Shown: one piece after another, positions 15,777-25,099 of the stretch | How the letters are laid out: each line of letters opens with the position of its first letter | Numbering within the stretch: position 1 is the stretch's first letter | Origin: a virus | Lineage: Duplodnaviria > Caudoviricetes | Length of the DNA: 38,040 bases | IMG/VR virus record: IMGVR_UViG_3300044849_000009 | Location: 1-38,040 of that record | Reading direction: 5' to 3' (one strand) | Position numbers and translations under genes: made by a program | The notes under the pieces: model-generated | What the model was told of the DNA's origin: nothing | What the model saw: only the letters and a program-made list of their open reading frames with translations | The model's database searches: none

Positions 15777-18461
15777 CTATCGTTGTGTTTGTTGCCGAAT
15801 ATAAGCATCCATGCTCGCTTCACGCAGTGCTTGCTGTACGCCTTCATAGGCGAGCGCCCGCACGTTGGCCGCGTCGATGCCATTACCAAAGTTTTGATTA
15901 ATTGTCATCCCCCCGCTTGATTGCTGCATGGCCTGCGCGGTGCGTGAGGCATTCCATACTTCGGTGCCCGCTGGCAGGTCATACACGCCACCTGTCAAGA
16001 CCGCTGCCTCACCGCCAAAAAATGCGAGTTCGTTGCCCGCCTCGCCAGCGATGGCCGTACCACCCTGCCAATGCGGTGTGCCCGTGCGCAGTTTGGGAAT
16101 GCGATCAATCGGGTCAAAGCCCAATGTGGTGGCGATTTCGTTCGCGCCGTCGATAACCGTGTTCAGGAAGTCGATGATCGGATTGATCAAGGCCTTGACG
16201 ACACCCGTGATCAAATCAGCGCCTGCCGACACGGTGTTAGCGATGCCGTCAAGCATGGCTTGACCAATACCTGCCGCTGCCTCGCCCACGTTGCCGATCA
16301 TGTCGCCGATCCATGTACTGATTGCTGTCCAGATCGCGCCCAGTTTTTCACCTAAGAATGGCAAGACACTGTCGCCGATCCAGTTCAGGAATGAGCCAGC
16401 GAGGTCTAACAGCGACGGCGCTAATTCAACAATCAGATTCGAGATAAATCCAACCAACGCCGCGCCAATATCCCACAGTACGCCAGGTAGTTCTGGTAGA
16501 ACATCGGTGACGACCCACCCAACAAACTCCCATGCCAACCCTGCCAGCTTTGGTGCGATTTCGACAATCGTTGATGCAACCCATTCCACCATGGTTTTAA
16601 GGACAGTGCCTAACTTCTCGCCTAAGCCTGGTAGTGATTCTTGTACCCATGCGATCAAGTGAGCGCCGAGCTTGCCTAACTCAGTACCCCACTTCGGCAG
16701 TGAATCAAGTACCCAGTTAAACAACCCCGTCCAGACCTCACCCAAGTTCTTGATCAAGTCAGGGAGTGCATCGAGTACCCACATGGTGAGCGCGGTTGCC
16801 ATATCAAGTAACGTGATGGCCCACTGTGGTACATTTTCGACAACGAAGCCGACCAGCGATTGAAACAGCCCTGATAACGCTTCGAGTGCTTTGGGAGTGG
16901 CTTCAACGATCCAACTGATGGCGACCTGTGCTAATTCGCCGAAACCTTCAAGCCATGGCCCCACGTTAGCAGCTACGAAGTCGAGCATGCCGCCGAAGAG
17001 GTTTTCAAGCTGTCCTAGGATTATGTCATCAAGGCCAGTGAAGAGGCTGCTGATATTTGTGGCGAATGCGGCAAGGCCAGCGCCGTCACCCTTCAAGAAT
17101 GCGCCCAAGCCAGCGATGGCTTCAGAGATGTAGGGCATGACTTCGTTGGCTAGGCCCAACAGCGTTTGCCCAATCGGTAACAATGCCTCGGTTTGAATCT
17201 GTCGCCATACGCCTTCAAACATGGCCCCAAACGTGTTGTACTTCGCGCCTAGTGCATCGGTTGTGCCTGATAAATCGTCCATACTGGTCGCTGCGAGGTC
17301 AACGCCCAAGATCGTACTTGCCCCTGCATCCTCCCACGCCGTCCCAAACAAGGCGACCCCTGCCGTGTTCTGGTACAGTTCGCTATCCATTTGCTGCAAA
17401 CCTTTGATCGCGACTTTCTGTGCATCGGCAGCGGATAGCGACCCATCTTTGATGCCATCATAAATATGGCCTGATACCAAGTCGTCAAGGCTTTGAAACT
17501 TCGTGACGGTCTCGCCCGTTTTTTCGTCAAGGACGCTGATTGGCTCGTGTAGCCGTGCGATTTCTTCCGGCGTGAGTTTAATACCGATTTTGTCGAGTTC
17601 GGCAGCCGCTAGTTTGGCATTTTCAGCGGTGTTGATCAGGAATGGTTGATCTTTACCAAGGCCCGTCATGGTTTTGATGTTCTCTTCAAGCGCTAAGCCA
17701 ATTGACCCGTAGGCATTTAGAACATCGTCGGACATCTCCATGGTTAAGATACGGAATTCTTTGAACGAATCCGCGATCTTGTCGGTACCCAACACGCCAG
17801 AGCCTGCGCCTGTTTGCAAGGTACTAAAAAACTCTTCAGCACTAAACCCAGCCTCGCCGAATTGGTTGGAGTATTCGCCGATGGTTTCAAGGAAGTCGCC
17901 GCTTGTGTTCAAGCCTTTTTGCTGCCCTGCGGCGATGAAGTCGTAGGCTTGCTCACTGGTTAGTCCAAAGTTTTTCATCAGCGCATTGGCAGCGTTGGTT
18001 GACTCGGTAATTTCAAAGCCGAAGATATCGCGTAGCTTAATTGCCGATTCAGTCGCGTCTTGCAGCTCTTCGTCAGAGAGACCCTTCATTTGCTGGCGCA
18101 CTTCGATCAGGCTGGCGGTGACATCTTCCATTGACTCGCCCCAATTGCCGCCGAAGATGTTGGTTGCAACGTCGGTTAATTCTTTGGCTTGGTCTTGGGT
18201 GAGGCCTAACTGATCTTGAATCGTGTTTTGTGACTCTTGGACTTGACTGGCGATGTCGAGTGAGGCGAGGCCAATCGCACCAAACGCCGCGACACCAGCC
18301 GTCCCTAAGCCTGTGAGGACGGTACCGAGACCCGCAAACTTACCACTCAAGCGATCCGCCCAACTGGTCGTCGCGTCCTCGGCTTGGGTCAGGCCGTCTT
18401 CATAGCCGCTTGCGTCCGCTTCGATGCCGATCTTCAATTTTTCAATTTCTTCATCGGCCAC
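15777..18461 (-). CDS. Tape measure protein
   Basis: 894 aa; PhageMin_Tail-like segment (DFLETIGEYSNQF...DKIADSFKEF) and periodic W/F repeats; follows the tail chaperones. Confidence 0.95.
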   Translation of the reverse strand: MADEEIEKLKIGIEADASGYEDGLTQAEDATTSWADRLSGKFAGLGTVLTGLGTAGVAAFGAIGLASLDIASQVQESQNTIQDQLGLTQDQAKELTDVATNIFGGNWGESMEDVTASLIEVRQQMKGLSDEELQDATESAIKLRDIFGFEITESTNAANALMKNFGLTSEQAYDFIAAGQQKGLNTSGDFLETIGEYSNQFGEAGFSAEEFFSTLQTGAGSGVLGTDKIADSFKEFRILTMEMSDDVLNAYGSIGLALEENIKTMTGLGKDQPFLINTAENAKLAAAELDKIGIKLTPEEIARLHEPISVLDEKTGETVTKFQSLDDLVSGHIYDGIKDGSLSAADAQKVAIKGLQQMDSELYQNTAGVALFGTAWEDAGASTILGVDLAATSMDDLSGTTDALGAKYNTFGAMFEGVWRQIQTEALLPIGQTLLGLANEVMPYISEAIAGLGAFLKGDGAGLAAFATNISSLFTGLDDIILGQLENLFGGMLDFVAANVGPWLEGFGELAQVAISWIVEATPKALEALSGLFQSLVGFVVENVPQWAITLLDMATALTMWVLDALPDLIKNLGEVWTGLFNWVLDSLPKWGTELGKLGAHLIAWVQESLPGLGEKLGTVLKTMVEWVASTIVEIAPKLAGLAWEFVGWVVTDVLPELPGVLWDIGAALVGFISNLIVELAPSLLDLAGSFLNWIGDSVLPFLGEKLGAIWTAISTWIGDMIGNVGEAAAGIGQAMLDGIANTVSAGADLITGVVKALINPIIDFLNTVIDGANEIATTLGFDPIDRIPKLRTGTPHWQGGTAIAGEAGNELAFFGGEAAVLTGGVYDLPAGTEVWNASRTAQAMQQSSGGMTINQNFGNGIDAANVRALAYEGVQQALREASMDAYIRQQTQR

Positions 18462-18777
18462 GCGATCCCCCTAGCGCCGTATTCCACATAAGGATCACGG
18501 CTTTCAATTCATCGGCTGATTTTGGCTTGGCGACCTTCGGCTTCAGCATGAAGTCTTTCGGCTCCATTTTTCGCGATTTCACGAATGGATTACCGTTGAC
18601 CATGGTGCTGGCGAGCATCCCTGCCCGCCATGCCTCGGCTTGCTCGCCAAATGGCTCCATATCGTAGTATGCCTGCCAGCGTACAAACTCCTCGGCGCTC
18701 ATACGTTGCTGAAGCTCGGCGACGGTACAGCCGCCGAGGCTTAGCGCCAAGTAGTGCCAGAATCGTAGCTCTGGCAC
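18451..18777 (-). CDS. Tail assembly chaperone C-terminal part (gpT-like, reached by -1 frameshift)
   Basis: LALSLG..TVAEL..RMSAEEF..WQAYY..EPFG; in the -1 frame after the slippery site. Confidence 0.85.
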   Translation of the reverse strand: MPELRFWHYLALSLGGCTVAELQQRMSAEEFVRWQAYYDMEPFGEQAEAWRAGMLASTMVNGNPFVKSRKMEPKDFMLKPKVAKPKSADELKAVILMWNTALGGSRGR

Positions 18778-18782
18778 TTCGG

Positions 18783-19136
18783 TTAGTTTTTTGCGGCAGT
18801 TTCCTTGGCTTTTTTCTCAAGGCCACTCAAACGAAACGCGATTTCGGCAAGGCGATCAATGAGTTGTGCGGGCTGATTGACCAAAAACTCTTTGTCGGCC
18901 TCGGTAAAAATCGGCGTACCCTTATCGTCAACCACGCAACAGATGATCGCCTTGACTTGGCTGTCTAGCGATTTCTTGGTGGCACTCGCGGCGTTGCTGT
19001 TGATGGCTTCAGCGATGTCAGCCCGTTGTGCTCCGGTCATGCCGCGCACAACGATAACCGCGTCATTCCATTCTGCTACCTTGGTGGTTTCAGTTGGGAG
19101 GCTCGCTGCGCCAAGAATCTGATCACGAATGTTCAT
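18783..19136 (-). CDS. Tail assembly chaperone (gpG-like)
   Basis: Between tail tube and tape measure; VAEWN..VIVRGMTGAQR and CVVDDKG.PIFT..D. Confidence 0.9.
   Translation of the reverse strand: MNIRDQILGAASLPTETTKVAEWNDAVIVVRGMTGAQRADIAEAINSNAASATKKSLDSQVKAIICCVVDDKGTPIFTEADKEFLVNQPAQLIDRLAEIAFRLSGLEKKAKETAAKN
18786..18792 (-). other. Programmed -1 frameshift slippery heptamer A AAA AAC
   Basis: GCA AAA AAC TAA ends the chaperone. A -1 slip gives K-L-T-E-V-P-E-L-R-F-W, in frame with 18451..18777. Confidence 0.88.
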
Positions 19137-19167
19137 TATTGATAGCTCCTAGGCTAAATTAGGCTGC

Positions 19168-19596
19168 TTATGACAAGGTTGGCTTGCCGCTTGGCTTGAT
19201 CGTGACGACGACCGTCACGCGGTCATTTAATGGCGTGGTCATGGCGTAGCCTGTAACAAAGCCACTCAGTGCCCACGTTTCAGTGCCAGCGTCAGGCAAG
19301 ACAATCTGGAAGTTGCGCTTGGTATTACTGTTGAAATCAGTTAACAGCCCTTCTTGCCCTGTGTTGCCTGGTAGAAAGTTCAGCGTGACCGAAACCTCGC
19401 CCGCGTCGCGCAGACCTGGTAAATATTCCTTGTACTGGTCGTCGCTGGTGTGGTGCGTGGTCTCAAACGTGTCTTTCGAGAGTGCTGGCGGGGTGATGTC
19501 GACCACTTCAGCGATAGCTGTGAACACCTCTGGCCCTGCGCCGTCGCCAACTTTGAACAGCGTACCGAAGCCATTCATTGCTTGTGATGCTGTCAT
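19168..19596 (-). CDS. Major tail (tube) protein
   Basis: FTAIAEVVDITPP, KEYLPGLRDAGEVS, SGKPT; start ATG 19596 with GAGGA RBS. Confidence 0.92.
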   Translation of the reverse strand: MTASQAMNGFGTLFKVGDGAGPEVFTAIAEVVDITPPALSKDTFETTHHTSDDQYKEYLPGLRDAGEVSVTLNFLPGNTGQEGLLTDFNSNTKRNFQIVLPDAGTETWALSGFVTGYAMTTPLNDRVTVVVTIKPSGKPTLS

Positions 19597-19597
19597 G

Positions 19598-19975
19598 TTA
19601 TGAATCCTCGTAACTGAGTAATAAATCAATTGATCGCGTGTAACGGCTAGTGAGTGGATCAAAGTCGTCGCGTTCGTTGCTAATGCGTGCGTGGCTGATG
19701 TACAACGTTCCAAGCGTGGGTGTGCCATCTTTGATGCCGTCGATAATCAGGTTGGCAACGTCCTTGGTCGTGCCATAGCTCAGACTAGTGACGTTGACCT
19801 GGACTCGCCGCGTGGGCAACTTGTCGTCGCCTTGGTGCGTTTGATTGCGCACGGTATCGACAAGAAAATACGTGACGGCAGGCAGGGTGACGGTTTGCGG
19901 CAGTTGAATTGGGTAGACCGCTGTCCCACTCAACGCGGTTAGGCCAACGACCAGTTGTGCTTCAAAATCAGCCAT
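19598..19975 (-). CDS. Tail completion/terminator protein (DUF3168-like)
   Basis: VYPIQLPQ...PAVTY and RVQVNV; synteny. Confidence 0.85.
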   Translation of the reverse strand: MADFEAQLVVGLTALSGTAVYPIQLPQTVTLPAVTYFLVDTVRNQTHQGDDKLPTRRVQVNVTSLSYGTTKDVANLIIDGIKDGTPTLGTLYISHARISNERDDFDPLTSRYTRSIDLLLSYEDS

Positions 19976-20432
19976 TTGCTGCCGCCTTTTGAATCATGTC
20001 GCGAAGGATGTCTACAAACTCATTAATCACGGTCTGCCGTTGGGTGTCGAACGCTGGCCGTAGGTACGGCTTTGGTGGAATCGTGACCATTTTCGCCGCA
20101 TGGACTTTACCACCTGCATCACGCCAGATGAGAAACTTGCCCTTGATTGGTTTGATTGTGCCGCCAAACTCTTGGATTGCGGCGTAGGGTATGTTACTCG
20201 TACTGATGAACACCTTGGCGCTGTAGTCGTCGATTGGCCCATCTTCGAGTGTTATGCCACGACTGAGCGTGCCAGAGCGATACGGCGCGTTTTCCTTGGC
20301 TGCGTTTTGCATTGGTAGCGCTGCGGCTTTCAACACCGTCTTGAGTCGTTTACCTGTCGCCGCTTGCTTCAGCGCCTTGAACCTGGCTAATAGGTCATCA
20401 ACCCCGCTGATGGTGGCGCTTACATCGCTCAC
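19968..20432 (-). CDS. HK97 gp10-like neck protein
   Basis: AKENAPYRSGTL, YAAIQEFG, PPKPYLRPAFD. Confidence 0.92.
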   Translation of the reverse strand: MSDVSATISGVDDLLARFKALKQAATGKRLKTVLKAAALPMQNAAKENAPYRSGTLSRGITLEDGPIDDYSAKVFISTSNIPYAAIQEFGGTIKPIKGKFLIWRDAGGKVHAAKMVTIPPKPYLRPAFDTQRQTVINEFVDILRDMIQKAAANG

Positions 20433-20791
20433 GATACGATCTCCGCGTTACAGTAGGTGGCGTTTTCTTGACTGTCAGTTTCAGCCGTCAAGATGTTGTA
20501 ATGCACGCCGCCGATCACCGCCCGCATAGCCGTGACGACAGGGTACACGGCTGTCAGTGCAATGCGATGCGTCCCGACCGTAACGATCTGCTGTTGCGAC
20601 CGTGGCTCTGATCCGCCCGTTGGCGCAATACTGCAAGGCAAATCAACCAAGCCGCTGACGTTTGACCACGTTTCGACTGGCTGCCCGTAGCTGTCTTGGC
20701 TATCGGAACGCGACTGGAACGTGACCACGCTTGGATAAAAGCGTGGTGTGATTGCTTGCATCATGCGCGGGTGAATCAGTGATCTAGCCAT
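20429..20791 (-). CDS. Head closure / head-tail adaptor
   Basis: QDSYGQPVETW, THRI, MRAVIGGVHYNI. Confidence 0.85.
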   Translation of the reverse strand: MARSLIHPRMMQAITPRFYPSVVTFQSRSDSQDSYGQPVETWSNVSGLVDLPCSIAPTGGSEPRSQQQIVTVGTHRIALTAVYPVVTAMRAVIGGVHYNILTAETDSQENATYCNAEIVS

Positions 20792-21176
20792 TGTTGCGAA
20801 GTCTCCGATTATTAATCACCCGTCGCACGCCAAACGGCGAGTAGGCAGGTTCAGCGAAGTCGAACGATCCGGCGATCTCGTCAGGGTCATCGAGCGTCGC
20901 TTGCTCGCGCAAAGTCTTGGCGCGATTTAGTAACGACGCAGCCACAGCAGGCCCATTGGTCTGCAAGTCCAAAATTTTGATCGCCTTGCTTACCAGTGCT
21001 TCATCGGCGGCAATGGTTTCGAGGGCGAGGGCAGCGCCGCGCTTGACGCTGCTACCCTCCATTGAATACATCGCCGTTAGCTCTTCATCGGTAAACATCG
21101 CCTCGGCTTCAACACGGTCAGGGATGATCAGGCGAATTTTTCCGATGCTAGTTGTCAGGTCGTAGCTGTACGTCAT
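20784..21176 (-). CDS. Head-tail connector protein
   Basis: MTYSYD...IGKIRLIIPD...MFTDEEL; start ATG 21176. Confidence 0.8.
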   Translation of the reverse strand: MTYSYDLTTSIGKIRLIIPDRVEAEAMFTDEELTAMYSMEGSSVKRGAALALETIAADEALVSKAIKILDLQTNGPAVAASLLNRAKTLREQATLDDPDEIAGSFDFAEPAYSPFGVRRVINNRRLRNNG

Positions 21177-21357
21177 CTGGTTCCGCCTTCTTTGACCGCT
21201 TCGACTTCGCTGGCTCGCGCAATTCGATCTCGCCATTGCCCTGTTGACCTGCCGCTGGTTTCAGCAGGTCAATCAGTTCGTCCATCTGCGCAATGAGCAC
21301 GTCTAGGCGTTGCTCTGTCCCGTTGCGCTGCGGGGGAAGATTACGATCCGGTGCCAT
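21148..21357 (-). CDS. Small protein downstream of the capsid gene
   Basis: Overlaps the capsid end and the connector start; low-complexity basic tail. Confidence 0.6.
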   Translation of the reverse strand: MAPDRNLPPQRNGTEQRLDVLIAQMDELIDLLKPAAGQQGNGEIELREPAKSKRSKKAEPDDVQLRPDN

Positions 21358-22510
21358 TTGAAGCTACCGTCATCTTGGCATCGACAATCGAACCGCCGTA
21401 GATATGACGAATCTTGTATTCGATTGCATCGGTGTCAAAATCCCCTGCGAATGGATCAAGCGTGCCACCGCCGATGCGGATCGCGTTTGGTGACTTCATG
21501 AAAATTTCTGGCGCTTCGTGACCGCGCAGCAAGCCGAACTCCATGGCTGGGCGACTGGTGCCAGGTGCAGCAAATAAATACCATGACGTGTTGCCGTTGG
21601 TCGTGCTGATGATCGGTAGCCATGGATTGACCACTAAGGTCAACTTGTTGCGCATCCAGTTATTGGTCAGAATGCGCTGGCTGGTCGAATCAGTCCCAAC
21701 AATGATTTCCGTTGCGTTCATGATGTTGCGGGCAATGCCTTCGAGGGCTGGCGGAACCATGAGTACAGCGGCGGGAATCATGATCGGGATTTTGTTGCCG
21801 TCGCTGTCGGTGGTGTATTGATTGCCTAATACCGCAAAACCTGCTTCGAGGCCAGCAATCGACAACGCCGGATTCGTGAGCAAGCCGCCGTTGGTGGTAT
21901 TGATAATGTTGCGGTTGCCAGAGGTATAGACGGTATTGAGTGGGCCTGACGTACCAGCAAACAAGCCTGTGACAAAACGATCTTCAGATTGACGTGCGAG
22001 GTTCGCCATATCATTGGGAATACGGCTCAATGCGTCAAGGTCATCATTAATCATGGCCTCCCATGAAAATGGCACGCGCTCGCCATGCTTGACAACTGCC
22101 CAACTTACGCCGCTATCGGTCATAGCGCGGGCAGGGTAGGGCGTAAGTTCTGGAACGGCTGACAACGACCCGCCTAATTGACCCGTGCTAACACTGGTCA
22201 CATTACGGAAGTCGGGAACGGTGCGCTGTGTGGCGACTTGGTTCCAGATAGGCTGCCATGTGGCGTACTGCGCCAGCAGCGTGCGATTCATGATGTCACC
22301 TGTTAGGTAGGTGAAATCACTGGTCGTCATGACCTCGCGCAAGAAGTGCTGTGCTAAGCTATCACCTTTGCGTACGCGATTGATTAGGTTTAATGCTTCA
22401 GCAAGATCGCGGTCGTAGCCTTTTGCGCGGCGACTTGGTGCGCCATTAACTAAGCGCTGTGCGTCAGCGGCTTCTTGCCGTAGCATTTCGAGTTTTTCAG
22501 CGAAGCTCAT
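21341..22510 (-). CDS. Major capsid protein (Mu gpT-like, HK97 fold)
   Basis: TTSDF, VPDFR, FSWEAMINDDL, LMVPPALE, GDFDTDAIEYKIRH. Confidence 0.92.
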   Translation of the reverse strand: MSFAEKLEMLRQEAADAQRLVNGAPSRRAKGYDRDLAEALNLINRVRKGDSLAQHFLREVMTTSDFTYLTGDIMNRTLLAQYATWQPIWNQVATQRTVPDFRNVTSVSTGQLGGSLSAVPELTPYPARAMTDSGVSWAVVKHGERVPFSWEAMINDDLDALSRIPNDMANLARQSEDRFVTGLFAGTSGPLNTVYTSGNRNIINTTNGGLLTNPALSIAGLEAGFAVLGNQYTTDSDGNKIPIMIPAAVLMVPPALEGIARNIMNATEIIVGTDSTSQRILTNNWMRNKLTLVVNPWLPIISTTNGNTSWYLFAAPGTSRPAMEFGLLRGHEAPEIFMKSPNAIRIGGGTLDPFAGDFDTDAIEYKIRHIYGGSIVDAKMTVASNGTGS

Positions 22511-22540
22511 TATCGAAACCTCTAAACTTTCTTGACTAAA

Positions 22541-22897
22541 TTAGTAGCCGACCCATACACGAATCGTCGCTTGCTCGCCACTATCAACGGCTTCGAGGGC
22601 GTACCCAAAACGCACGCCTGTTGCCTTTTTGCTCAGCACGTCTGGCGCATCGCCCGTCACGTAGTAGATAATGTCGCCCACGGCCACGGCGCTGTTGCCA
22701 GAGCCGTTGACGGCAGTAACCAACAAATCCCACACGCCGTCAAACTGCACGGTCGTGGTGCCGTCCGTGCGTTCGTCAGTCAAGGCTACGCCGCCTTTTT
22801 GACCGACTAAGACTGGATCACCCGATGCTGGTGTAGTTGGGTGTGAGCAGACCACGCTAAGCCGATTCGCGGGGCTGAATACTTCGTTTGTTGCCAT
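22541..22897 (-). CDS. Capsid cement/decoration protein (DUF2190-like)
   Basis: SGDPVLVG..GVALTD, GVWDL, VGDIIYY, FGYALEAV. Confidence 0.85.
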   Translation of the reverse strand: MATNEVFSPANRLSVVCSHPTTPASGDPVLVGQKGGVALTDERTDGTTTVQFDGVWDLLVTAVNGSGNSAVAVGDIIYYVTGDAPDVLSKKATGVRFGYALEAVDSGEQATIRVWVGY

Positions 22898-22930
22898 TGG
22901 TTTGACCTCACTTGTTATTGACTTAATTGA

Positions 22931-24277
22931 CTACTTGCTTGCGGCGATCTTGGCGGCTTCAGCGTTCAGGCCAAAACCCTCAAAGGCTTCAGTAAGGCTA
23001 ATGGTGTGCGTTACTGGTGCAGTGCCGCCCACGCCACGGGGTTGACCAGCTTCGCGCAAATTAGCGGCTGGAATCTTCAGCGATTCGATGTACACAAGCT
23101 CGGTATCAACAGCGGCCTTGACCGATTCTTTCAGCGCGGCCACGTCAAGCACGCCATTTTCTGGCAGATCGAAGCGGATACTCGCGGCGACCCGTTGGCT
23201 GACGTTGGCGGGTAAGTTGTGGCTTACTAAGGCTTCTTGGATGACAGCCACAGCTTGGGCTTGGAGTTGTGCCGCACGCAGTTGTTTGTTTTCGGCTTCG
23301 AGCTTGTCGAGGCGTTCTAATAGTTCTTTGCTCATGTCTGGTTCATCCTTCGTGCTAAGAATTGGATTATTCCGACGCGCTTCAATCAGTGGCAGGATGG
23401 CCCCGCCAGCGCCTGCGCGGGTGACAAAATCAATTGAGTCGGCTTGATTGATACTCTTGACGATCAAGCCCTTGCGACCTTCAGCCTCGCCCATCTCGGC
23501 ATTGCCACGGGCGATGATGCTAACGCCGATATGGTCAGCTAAATCGTTGATATGCTCGCGGTAGGTTTGGCCAACCTTGACATCAGCGTAAAGACCTGGG
23601 CCAGCGCTACCGCTTTCTTCCCACGTTGCGTCACTGGTCGTCACCGCTGCGAGGCGTTCAACGCTGCGTTCAGGAATGTCGCGGCGCTCGGTCTGCGTTG
23701 GATGATCAACATACATGTGCATGCCGCTGGTGAACACCTTGGGGCCGTCGCGTTTGAGAACATCAGCGCCGTAGTAACCAGAACTGCCCCAGCCTGGAGC
23801 AATGATTTTGATGCGACCCGTGCCGTCACTGCGCAAGCCCCGTTCAATCAAATCGACTGGTTCGCTAGTCAGGGCTGATTCTTCCATATCGGTAGTGGCG
23901 ACTGGTTCATAGACCACACGTCGCACGACTTGCACGGCATCGCCAAAGCTAACGGTGTCATCGGCGTTTAAGGTGTAGGGCATCTGATATAGCGTGCTCT
24001 CTGAGCGGTATCCATCGGTACGCGTACAAATTGCTACCACAACCATGGCATCGTAAATATCAGAGATATAGGCGTATTGCATATCGTTTGAAAACCGCAC
24101 ATGCACTGCCTGCTCAATCGTTGCTAAGCGTTGGTGTAACGATCGATCTGCCTCACTTAATTCGCCAAGGTCGCCAAGCACTTCGTTAAGTGCATCGCTT
24201 GCAGTGCGAATCTTTGCTTCGTTCTTACTTGATAGCGCTCGCCCAACTTCTAAAAGATGTTGAAAGAAATTCGCCAC
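22931..24277 (-). CDS. Capsid maturation protease/scaffold fusion
   Basis: IIAPGWGSSGYY, MYVDHPT, IGVSI, SIDFVTRAGAGG, then a coiled scaffold; GGAGG RBS with GTG start. Confidence 0.85.
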   Translation of the reverse strand: MANFFQHLLEVGRALSSKNEAKIRTASDALNEVLGDLGELSEADRSLHQRLATIEQAVHVRFSNDMQYAYISDIYDAMVVVAICTRTDGYRSESTLYQMPYTLNADDTVSFGDAVQVVRRVVYEPVATTDMEESALTSEPVDLIERGLRSDGTGRIKIIAPGWGSSGYYGADVLKRDGPKVFTSGMHMYVDHPTQTERRDIPERSVERLAAVTTSDATWEESGSAGPGLYADVKVGQTYREHINDLADHIGVSIIARGNAEMGEAEGRKGLIVKSINQADSIDFVTRAGAGGAILPLIEARRNNPILSTKDEPDMSKELLERLDKLEAENKQLRAAQLQAQAVAVIQEALVSHNLPANVSQRVAASIRFDLPENGVLDVAALKESVKAAVDTELVYIESLKIPAANLREAGQPRGVGGTAPVTHTISLTEAFEGFGLNAEAAKIAASK

Positions 24278-24289
24278 GGCATCACCTCC

Positions 24290-25099
24290 TTATTTCTTTC
24301 GCTGATACAGTTCATCACAGCGGCAGCCAGGAAAGCGCAGAGGCCGCTGATCGCCGCTTGGATACAACTCGTCTAGTCCAATCCACCCCGCGTTTTGATT
24401 CTCTAGGCAGCCTTGGCTCACCCGATCATCACCCCGCGTGAGCCATCGTTTGGTCATCTCTATGCCTTCATCCTCTAAATCCTTGGCAACGATGCGATTA
24501 CCTTCGCTGAAGGCGTTGCCGATCTCGGTAATCGTGACCAACTCGGCGCGGCTGCGAATATGACTCGCCGCGCGAACCTTGCCCGTAAATTCATCAAAGC
24601 GCCGCCCGATGGCCTTGGCGATATCGGTATAGCTTTGGCCTGATTCCACGCCGCCAGTGATGATTGTGTTGATGTAGCCCCGCGTGGTTTCGTTGATGCC
24701 TGTGACCTGTTTGGCTGCGAGATTGTCGAGATAGGCGACCGCTCGCTTATTGGTCAGCTTGAAATCAACACCCACATTCAATGCACCAACTTGGAATAAT
24801 CCACCGCGATACAGTGCCGTCTCCATGGCAGTGTTGAGTGGTTCGACAAACAGCGCTTCGGTATCACTGGCGACGGATAGCCAAATGTTCAGCCAGTCGC
24901 TAATGGCCTCGCTGAAGTCGCTTTCAAGCGTTTTGAATTGCTTCAGGAATGTATCTTTTTGCGCATTGAACCCCGCGACCATGGACGGATTTAATTGCTT
25001 TTCAAGCGCACGCTTTTGCTTTTGCGCCGTGGCCTGCGTGTAGCGGGCTTCAAGCAGTTCGATGGCAGTTAGCAGTTCGATGGCAGTTAGCAGGCTCAT
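24290..25099 (-). CDS. Minor head protein (Mu gpF / SPP1 gp7-like)
   Basis: INETTR, RAELVTITE, KRWLTRGDDRV..C, FPGCRC. Confidence 0.9.
   Translation of the reverse strand: MSLLTAIELLTAIELLEARYTQATAQKQKRALEKQLNPSMVAGFNAQKDTFLKQFKTLESDFSEAISDWLNIWLSVASDTEALFVEPLNTAMETALYRGGLFQVGALNVGVDFKLTNKRAVAYLDNLAAKQVTGINETTRGYINTIITGGVESGQSYTDIAKAIGRRFDEFTGKVRAASHIRSRAELVTITEIGNAFSEGNRIVAKDLEDEGIEMTKRWLTRGDDRVSQGCLENQNAGWIGLDELYPSGDQRPLRFPGCRCDELYQRKK
25053..25093. repeat. 18-bp perfect tandem duplication (LLTAIE x2)
   Basis: AGCAGTTCGATGGCAGTT twice plus AGCAG. Confidence 0.9.
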
